From contig OZ220708.1 of NCBI GenBank assembly GCA_965116595.1, forward strand, positions 1,078,875-1,142,874: a stretch of 64,000 nucleotides of DNA, written 5' to 3'. The notes below the pieces were generated by a model. The model saw only the letters and a list, made by a program, of their open reading frames with translations, did not search any database and was not told the DNA's origin. Shown here piece by piece: positions 57,538 to 64,000 of the stretch (position 1 is the stretch's first letter; every line of letters begins with the position of its first letter). The position numbers were made by a program, and so were the translations under genes. The DNA is from Arenicellales bacterium (lineage in GTDB: Bacteria > Pseudomonadota > Gammaproteobacteria > Arenicellales > Poriferihabitantaceae).

Positions 57538-57690
57538 CATGGGCTGTTAAGGGCTTGTCCCCGACCCGGTCAGGCAGTATACTGACGAACATAGCGAAAG
57601 TGCATTCCGGGCAGTTCGCATATCCACGTCGGGTTGTAGTATGCACTTGATTCTTCGATAATTTTTCCATCTTACAAGAGGAGGCATACC

Positions 57691-58767
57691 ATGCGATTTT
57701 TCGCAAAAATCCCGGCTTTCATCGTTGCGGTCACTATGGGCATAACCACCGCCGCACAGGCGGAATCCCTACGGCTCCTGACCTGGGGTTCGTACGCTCC
57801 GGAAGAGTTGATTCAGAAATTCGAGGCGGAGTATCCAGACATTGACGTAGAGATCACCTATTCAAACAATGAAGAGATGATCGCCAAATTGCGGGCCACA
57901 GGCGGCGCCGGTTTCGACCTGGCGCAACCCAGCCATGACCGCATCCATGCCGCGCATCTGGAATACAACATTTACAAACCACTGGACTTGTCCCGGATCA
58001 ACACCGATGTCATGGAACCAGGTCTTCTGGACGGCGTGAAGGCGAATACCACGATTGACGGTGAAGTGTACGCGGTTCCGCATCAGTGGGGGACTTCCGG
58101 ATTGATGGCGGACATTTCCAAAGCCCCTGACCTGAAAAGCTGGGCGGATCTGTGCGACCCAAAATATAAAGGCAAGACTTCCATGCGCCTGAAGCGAACC
58201 ATTCTGCTCGGTACCGCATTCGCCATGGGCGAAGACCCGTTTGCGGCGTATGCCGACTTGGACAAGTATCAGTCGATTCTCGATGCGGCTGTCGAAAAAC
58301 TGATCGCCTGCAAGGACAATATCAAGGCTTACTGGGTAGGCGGTGACGACCTGTCGGCAATGATGCTGTCCGGCGAAATAGTCGCTTCTGAAACCTGGGA
58401 CTCCACTGCCTACAGACTATTCGGCCAGAATGAAAATATCGTCTTCGTCCCACCTGAAACCGGCGCATTGGCATGGATTGATACTTTCGCCCTGCCGCGC
58501 AAGGGCGAAGCCGATGATGCCGCATACAAGTGGATCAACTTCGTATTGAGGCCGGAAAACGTCACTGTGATGTCTGCGAGCTCCGGAGCTATTGCAGCGG
58601 TCAAGGGTGGTCCCGACCTGTTGCCGCCCGACAAGAAAGCGGCGGTGACTGCCGCCTTCAGCCCGGAAGACATTGCCAATCTGCAGTTCTTCGCGAACAT
58701 TCCTCCGGGCATCGAAGACATGGAAGGAAAGGCTCTTGAAAAAATCAAGGCGGCCACTGGTAACTAG
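57691..58767 (+). CDS. ABC transporter periplasmic substrate-binding protein (PotD/PotF polyamine-type)
   Basis: 358 aa. It has a signal peptide (AFIVAVTMGITTAAQA), a family-1 SBP pattern and PotABC-like genes downstream. Confidence 0.85.
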   Translation: MRFFAKIPAFIVAVTMGITTAAQAESLRLLTWGSYAPEELIQKFEAEYPDIDVEITYSNNEEMIAKLRATGGAGFDLAQPSHDRIHAAHLEYNIYKPLDLSRINTDVMEPGLLDGVKANTTIDGEVYAVPHQWGTSGLMADISKAPDLKSWADLCDPKYKGKTSMRLKRTILLGTAFAMGEDPFAAYADLDKYQSILDAAVEKLIACKDNIKAYWVGGDDLSAMMLSGEIVASETWDSTAYRLFGQNENIVFVPPETGALAWIDTFALPRKGEADDAAYKWINFVLRPENVTVMSASSGAIAAVKGGPDLLPPDKKAAVTAAFSPEDIANLQFFANIPPGIEDMEGKALEKIKAATGN

Positions 58768-58858
58768 AATTATTTGACTGTCTGTTCGGAGACGTTGTGC
58801 CCGATTTCATGTCTGCGCAACGACTCTCCGGACAAACTCATATTTTCCTGCCCGGTGG

Positions 58859-59992
58859 ATGTGCGCCTTGACCTCTTCCACAGTCCGAGACCTCGAATGC
58901 ATTGATCTTTGCAAGGACTTCGGCTCCATCCGCGCAGTGAAGAATGTCTCGTTTGACATTCCACAAGGATCGTTTTTCTCAATTCTCGGACCTTCCGGTT
59001 GCGGCAAGACGACCTTGATGAGAATGGTTGCCGGATTCGAGACCCCTGATTCCGGAGAAATCAGGATTCGCGGCAAATCTGTTGTAAATACACCGGCGAA
59101 CAAGCGTAACGTCAAGATGGTGTTCCAGCATCTCGCTCTTTTCCCGATGATGAATGTTTATGAGAACATTGCGTATGGCCTGAGGTGCAACGGCGTGCAG
59201 AAAACCGAAATAGAACACAGGGTGAAGGATGTTCTGAAACGGGTCGCACTGCCGGATGTCGCGGAACGGGAAATTCACGAATTGTCCGGCGGACAGAAAC
59301 AACGTATCGCGATCGCCAGGTGCATGGTCCTGGACCCGGACGTTCTGTTGCTTGACGAACCGCTTGGCGCACTGGATCTGAAGTTACGCGAAGCCATGAA
59401 GATTGAACTGAAACTGTTACAGCACCAGTTCAACACGACGTTCGTCTATATCACTCATGATCAGGGCGAGGCATTGGTGATGTCAGATCACGTGGCCATT
59501 ATGAACCAGGGTGAATTCGAGCAAGTAGGCACGCCCCAGGAGTTGTACCATGCCCCCGATACCGCCTTTGTAGCGGGGTTTGTGGGTGAAAGCAACCGCT
59601 GGACGGGACAGGTGGTCAATTTTGACGGAGAGACCGTAAAGGTCGATACGGACGGCGGACTGAGCCTGATCTGTAATGCGTCCGGATTAACCACGAGACA
59701 AATCGGGCAATCGGTAAAAGTGTTCGTGCGACCTGAATTCATTCGGTCCGGGCGGGTTGGGGGAGCATCGACAAATTCGCGGGAGGCAAAAGAGAACACC
59801 CACAAGGGCAAGGTGGACAGTCTTTTGTTCAACGGCGCCAACAGCCGGATTCTGGTTCGGGATCGGTCCGGTCAACTGATTGAAGCCGATGTAACCCTGA
59901 CCGGCGGAACCGACGACTTTCGTCCGGGTGAAGAAGTCAGGCTGGTCTGGTCTTCAGGCCAGACAATGTGCTTCGCGGCGCAATTTGACTGA
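58859..59992 (+). CDS. ABC transporter ATP-binding protein (PotA-like)
   Basis: 377 aa. It has Walker A GPSGCGKTT, the signature LSGGQKQRIAIAR and Walker B LLLDEP. Confidence 0.9.
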   Translation: MCALTSSTVRDLECIDLCKDFGSIRAVKNVSFDIPQGSFFSILGPSGCGKTTLMRMVAGFETPDSGEIRIRGKSVVNTPANKRNVKMVFQHLALFPMMNVYENIAYGLRCNGVQKTEIEHRVKDVLKRVALPDVAEREIHELSGGQKQRIAIARCMVLDPDVLLLDEPLGALDLKLREAMKIELKLLQHQFNTTFVYITHDQGEALVMSDHVAIMNQGEFEQVGTPQELYHAPDTAFVAGFVGESNRWTGQVVNFDGETVKVDTDGGLSLICNASGLTTRQIGQSVKVFVRPEFIRSGRVGGASTNSREAKENTHKGKVDSLLFNGANSRILVRDRSGQLIEADVTLTGGTDDFRPGEEVRLVWSSGQTMCFAAQFD

Positions 59993-59995
59993 GCC

Positions 59996-60859
59996 GTGCA
60001 TCAGGATCTAAAACGACTCTCGCTGTTCTTGCTGTTCCTTCCCTTCGGATTGTGGATTACCCTGTTGATCGTAGTACCGCATATCGGCATGGCTGTCCTG
60101 TCATTACGCGAAAAGGTGGCCCCCCGGGTGTACGAGTACGGGCTGGGCAACTACATCGAATTCATCAACGAGCCAATCTACTGGAACACGCTGTTGCGGA
60201 CTGGCTCCATGTCGCTGATTGTAACGATTCTGGCGTTATTGATCGGTTTCCCGATCGCTTACTACATCGCGAAGGTCGCCGGATACCGGACACGGGGCGC
60301 CTTGTTTCTGTTTTGCCTCATTCCTCTTTGGGTCAGCGACCTGATCAGGGCATTCGGGTGGATTCTATTACTGCGGGAGACCGGAGTGATTTCCGGGTTT
60401 TTGCAGTGGTCGGGGATTGTCGCTGAGCCGGTGGAGTTTCTGTACAACGACGTCACCGTCATTATCGGCCTCATCTACACGGTCATTTTGTTCATGATCG
60501 TTCCGATTGCTTCGACTCTGGACGGCATGGATAACTCCATGATTGAAGCCGGCTACAATCTGGGTGGCAGCGGGTTCACTGTGTTGAGACGCATCATCAT
60601 TCCCTACGCCATGCCGGGCATCGCCTCCGGGTGCATCGTCGTTTTCATGCTGACTGCGGGAAGTTACCTGACCCCGATTCTTTTGGGCGGCAAGAACTCA
60701 AGCTGGTTTACCGAGCAAATCTATGACCAGTTCATAACACGGTACAACTGGGAGTCGGGAGCGGCATTCGGCTTTTTCCTGCTGGCGTTTACGTCCATTG
60801 TCGTCTGGTTGGGATTGAAACTGACGGGTCAGACGCTGACCAACACGGTAGCGAGATAA
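59996..60859 (+). CDS. ABC transporter permease (PotB-like)
   Basis: 287 aa with multiple TM segments and an EAA-loop-like region (IEAGYNLGGSGFTVLRRIIIP). Confidence 0.88.
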   Translation: MHQDLKRLSLFLLFLPFGLWITLLIVVPHIGMAVLSLREKVAPRVYEYGLGNYIEFINEPIYWNTLLRTGSMSLIVTILALLIGFPIAYYIAKVAGYRTRGALFLFCLIPLWVSDLIRAFGWILLLRETGVISGFLQWSGIVAEPVEFLYNDVTVIIGLIYTVILFMIVPIASTLDGMDNSMIEAGYNLGGSGFTVLRRIIIPYAMPGIASGCIVVFMLTAGSYLTPILLGGKNSSWFTEQIYDQFITRYNWESGAAFGFFLLAFTSIVVWLGLKLTGQTLTNTVAR

Positions 60860-60871
60860 TCAGGACAGCCC

Positions 60872-61732
60872 ATGCCTCGAATCGACAACCCCGGCAGGTT
60901 TATCTGGTTATACCGGGCCTATATCCTGGCTTTCCTGATCTTTCTGGTCTCTCCGCTGGTGGCCGCAAGCATATTTGCGTTCAATGATTCCCTGTTTCCG
61001 ACCCTTCCATGGCAAGGCTTCACCCTGAACTGGTTTTTCAACGATTCAGAACCGCAGTTGGGCGTGTTTCATGACCGTCGATTACTTCGGGGACTCTATT
61101 ATTCATTCATTATCGCGCTGGCGGTTTCCACGTTGTCCGTATTCGTCGGCGCTTGTAACGCATTCCTGTTTGAGCGTGGCAATTTCCCCGGAAAAAACTT
61201 TTTTTATATCATGATGATCCTGCCGCTGGTGATTCCGGGGGTCATCTTGGGAATATCCATCCTGGTTCTGGCGAGCGTCGTCGCCAATGGCCTTGAGGAC
61301 AACTACAACATCGAATTCGATTTTTTGCGCCCCGGGATTTTCCTCGTCGTCTTTGGCCAGTTTTCATTCATAACGACCATAACCACCCTGATCATCGCGG
61401 CCAGATTGAAAAAATTCGATATTGCAATGGAGGAGGCCGCCCTGAATCTGGGCGCCAGTTGGAAGCGGGTACTGGCAACCGTGACCTTGCCGTTTCTTCG
61501 TCCGGCGATGATTGCGGCGGGAATTGTGGCGTTTCTGGTATCGTTTGAGAATTTCAACACGACCTTGTTCCTGGTCGGGTCAGAAGCTCCGCTTACGATC
61601 ACAATGTATGACCGCATGGCCAAAGTAGGTTCCACGCCGGCGCTCAACGCCATGTCGTTCCTGCTGATCGTGGGCTCGGGAATGCTGGCGCTGTTTTCCG
61701 TAGTGGTTCAGAGGGACAAATCCCGAAAATGA
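60872..61732 (+). CDS. ABC transporter permease (PotC-like)
   Basis: 286 aa with multiple TM segments and an EAA-loop-like region (MEEAALNLGASWKRVLATVTLP). Confidence 0.88.
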   Translation: MPRIDNPGRFIWLYRAYILAFLIFLVSPLVAASIFAFNDSLFPTLPWQGFTLNWFFNDSEPQLGVFHDRRLLRGLYYSFIIALAVSTLSVFVGACNAFLFERGNFPGKNFFYIMMILPLVIPGVILGISILVLASVVANGLEDNYNIEFDFLRPGIFLVVFGQFSFITTITTLIIAARLKKFDIAMEEAALNLGASWKRVLATVTLPFLRPAMIAAGIVAFLVSFENFNTTLFLVGSEAPLTITMYDRMAKVGSTPALNAMSFLLIVGSGMLALFSVVVQRDKSRK

Positions 61733-61883
61733 TCAAACAGTCCGACGGAGTACACGGTAACCGAAGCCGAATTCTAATAGCGCACCCCCGGACTGCGTCC
61801 ATTTCGCTTGCCTGCATCCCCAGCGCTCGAAACATACTATCTTGCCGGGCAGGAGATGCAGTTCAGATTATTCGATCATCGTA

Positions 61884-63068
61884 ATGAGCGCCGCCAATCT
61901 CCCTTTCGAGCAATCGGAATACGATGCCCGTATCGCCAGAACCCGCGCTGAAATGTCTGCGCGAGCTTTGGATACCCTGATCGTCAGCGACCCGTCGAAC
62001 ATGAACTGGTTGACCGGTTACGACGGCTGGTCATTCTATGTCCATCAATGCGTGATTCTGCCGATGGAGGGGAATCCGGTCTGTTTCGTTCGCGCACAGG
62101 ATGCCAACGGCGCAGTACGCACAGTCTGGATGCCCGATGAGGATGTTCACGGCTATGACGAAATACGGGTGCAGAATCCACCCCTTCATCCGATGCAGGA
62201 GCTAGCGGAAGTCCTGAAGGAGCGCGGCCTCGAATCAGGCCGCCTGGGGGTCGAAATGGACAATTACTGGTATTCCGCACGCGCCCATGCTGAACTGACC
62301 AGCGGATTGCCCTTCGCCGTCCTGACAGACAGTACCGGCCTGGTCAACTGGCAACGTGCGATCAAGAGTGAGAGGGAACTGGGATACATGAAAATCGCAG
62401 GCCGGATCGCGACCCGGATGCACGAACATATTCTGGAGCGTGTGCAACCGGGACTACGCAAAAACGAGATGGCCGCAGAGATTTTTCACACCGGTTGCAT
62501 AGGGGTAGATCACCACGGCGGAGACTACCCTGCAATTGTGCCATTGCTGTCTTCCGGCGCGGACGCCTCAGCGCCGCATCTGACCTGGACCGATGATCCT
62601 TTCAAAAGCGGAGAAGCGACGTTTTTCGAGATAGCGGGCTGCTACCGGCGCTACCATTGCCCAACCTCGCGCACCGTGTTCCTCGGCACGCCCCCGAAAA
62701 AGTTCCTGGAAATGGAAAAGGCGGTGGTGGAGGGCATCGATGCAGGGCTGGAAATGGCTCGACCCGGCAATCAATGCCAGCAGGTCGCGGAAGCGTTTTG
62801 CCGTATTCTGGAAAAACGCACCGGCATCAAAAAAGCAAGCCGGTGCGGCTACCCGATCGGCATTTCCTATCCCCCGGACTGGGGTGAACGCACCATGAGC
62901 CTGCGGCCGGGAGATGAAACCGTCCTCGAATGTGGAATGACGTTTCACTTTATCCCTGCCGTCTGGCAGCAAGACTGGGGCATGGAGATTACCGAAAGTT
63001 TCGTCGTCACCGGGCAGGGCGCCGAAACTCTCGCCCATGTCCCCCGCAAAATGTTCGTGAAAAAATAA
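61884..63068 (+). CDS. M24-family metallopeptidase (creatinase/Xaa-Pro peptidase/ectoine-hydrolase-like)
   Basis: The start is trimmed to MSAANLPFEQSEYDARI. It has a creatinase_N-like N-terminus and a C-terminal pita-bread fold with metal ligands (HTGCIGVDHHGGDY, FFEIAGCYRRYH, MTFHFIP). Confidence 0.85.
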   Translation: MSAANLPFEQSEYDARIARTRAEMSARALDTLIVSDPSNMNWLTGYDGWSFYVHQCVILPMEGNPVCFVRAQDANGAVRTVWMPDEDVHGYDEIRVQNPPLHPMQELAEVLKERGLESGRLGVEMDNYWYSARAHAELTSGLPFAVLTDSTGLVNWQRAIKSERELGYMKIAGRIATRMHEHILERVQPGLRKNEMAAEIFHTGCIGVDHHGGDYPAIVPLLSSGADASAPHLTWTDDPFKSGEATFFEIAGCYRRYHCPTSRTVFLGTPPKKFLEMEKAVVEGIDAGLEMARPGNQCQQVAEAFCRILEKRTGIKKASRCGYPIGISYPPDWGERTMSLRPGDETVLECGMTFHFIPAVWQQDWGMEITESFVVTGQGAETLAHVPRKMFVKK

Positions 63069-63100
63069 CCCACACGAAACCGCCGTGCTATAGTACGGCT

Positions 63101-63271
63101 ATGTTTAATCCGACCACAATACGCGAGGACATTCGCCGACTGGGAGTTATCCTTACTTCCGCCGGCCTGTTGAGCGCTATCCTTGAAGGTGGAAGGCTAC
63201 TGGTAGCCGCTGTCTTGGTGTCAGGTGGTGTGCTGACGCTGGTAGTTGGCAACCTGGAGATAAAATCATGA
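63101..63271 (+). CDS. possible small membrane protein
   Basis: 56 aa: MFNPTTIREDIRRLGVILTSAGLLSAILEGGRLLVAAVLVSGGVLTLVVGNLEIKS, with two hydrophobic stretches. A second tiny hydrophobic ORF follows at 63268. Support is weak. Confidence 0.3.
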   Translation: MFNPTTIREDIRRLGVILTSAGLLSAILEGGRLLVAAVLVSGGVLTLVVGNLEIKS

Positions 63272-63415
63272 ATGTAACGTTGTTAATGGCTGGGGCGATT
63301 GTGTTTGCCGGGGTACTGCTACTCGCTTGGTTGGCGTACCGCGAAGAACGCCGTAACAAATCCTCCTGATTCTCGGCAACAGGACGAATACCGTAAACGG
63401 CAAGTTCTAGCCTGT

Positions 63416-63838
63416 TCATGACTCGTTGCCAAGCGTATGTGCGGTGGATTTGATTTTTGCCACCATGTTGACCAGACCATTGGATCGGGCTGAGGACAGA
63501 TGCTCCCTTAATCCTATCTGATCAATGAAATAGAGCTCCGCGCCGCTTACTTGATTGACCGGCTGGTTGGACAGAACGCGAATCAATAACGCGATTATTC
63601 CCTTGGTAATAATGGCGTCGCTGTCTGCGGTAAATCTGATCCTGCCCTGTTCGAGTTCGGCATGCAGCCAAACCCGGCTTTGACAGCCCGGAACCAGATT
63701 GCCTTCGTGCCGGTATTGCTCCTCTATGAGTGGCAGTTTCCTGCCCAGGTCGATAATATATTCATACTTGTCCATCCATTGGTCAAAAATACCGAACTCT
63801 TCGATTATATCGTCCTGTATCTGGTCGATGGTCGCCAT
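63416..63838 (-). CDS. sufE: cysteine desulfuration (sulfur acceptor) protein SufE/CsdE
   Basis: 140 aa. It reads YIIDLGRKLP, VPGCQSRVWLHAE (the conserved Cys) and ADSDAIITKGIIALL. Confidence 0.9.
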   Translation of the reverse strand: MATIDQIQDDIIEEFGIFDQWMDKYEYIIDLGRKLPLIEEQYRHEGNLVPGCQSRVWLHAELEQGRIRFTADSDAIITKGIIALLIRVLSNQPVNQVSGAELYFIDQIGLREHLSSARSNGLVNMVAKIKSTAHTLGNES

Positions 63839-63865
63839 TTTTCTGTCCAGTCACAACTAACCGGT

Positions 63866-64000
63866 TCATAATAACAGCGAAGCGGCCTTGTTAATACCAG
63901 CAACCAGATGATCGATATCATCACGATTGTTGTACATGGCAAAAGAGGCGCGCGCTGTCCCCTGGATACCGTAAAAATCCATCAACGGCTGGGTACAGTG
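63866..64000 (-). CDS. sufS: cysteine desulfurase SufS/CsdA, C-terminal 44 codons (the 5' part lies outside the window)
   Basis: My reverse translation is HCTQPLMDFYGIQGTARASFAMYNNRDDIDHLVAGINKAASLLL*, the typical class V group II desulfurase C-terminus. It lies upstream of sufE. Confidence 0.8.
   Translation of the reverse strand, partial: HCTQPLMDFYGIQGTARASFAMYNNRDDIDHLVAGINKAASLLL

Overview
This 64-kb window is chromosomal and probably gammaproteobacterial, judged from the gmk-rpoZ-spoT and rplM-rpsI synteny. The housekeeping backbone consists of apbC/mrp, metG, a two-component flavin monooxygenase operon, rplM-rpsI, glcDEF, coq7, tRNA-Pro(CGG), gmk-rpoZ-spoT, a LMW phosphatase, a YkuD-type transpeptidase, nagZ, a PotABCD-like ABC transporter, an M24 peptidase and sufE/sufS. 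Two accessory segments interrupt it.

Segment 1 (about 7.3-17.5 kb):
- An orphan MobC-like RHH gene.
- A GC-rich autotransporter with a Calx-beta repeat passenger. Its 5' region carries 17 perfect copies of an 8-bp repeat.
- A DISARM-like DrmA/DrmB pair (helicase plus DUF1998) with no methyltransferase or PLD partner.

Segment 2 (about 23.1-51.2 kb) is a mosaic defence island with no integrase:
- A frameshifted HEPN gene and an internal pilD fragment.
- A low-GC cassette of a ParB-like gene plus an Mrr-like nuclease gene.
- A phosphorothioate-sensing SBD-HNH nuclease gene directly upstream of a complete dndBCDE-dndA cluster.
- A convergent four-gene module that looks PbeABCD-like: PLD+SF2 helicase, small acidic protein, SMC/DndD-like ATPase, small protein.
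- An orphan 421-aa protein.
- A chain of genes with overlapping stop and start codons: PUA/EVE-like-Mrr nuclease, a doubtful 115-codon ORF, and a nucleoside-deoxyribosyltransferase/TIR-like protein.
- An IS256 copy plus an IS256 remnant, a decayed PIN toxin and an RHH gene.
- A HelD-like helicase carrying a PD-(D/E)xK insert and topoisomerase-type zinc ribbons.

REP-like palindromic elements that match the Neisseria dRS3 consensus sit at the junctions. They include a 17-bp perfect direct repeat bracketing segment 2. All functional calls come from motifs read by eye in the supplied translations; no database search was run.
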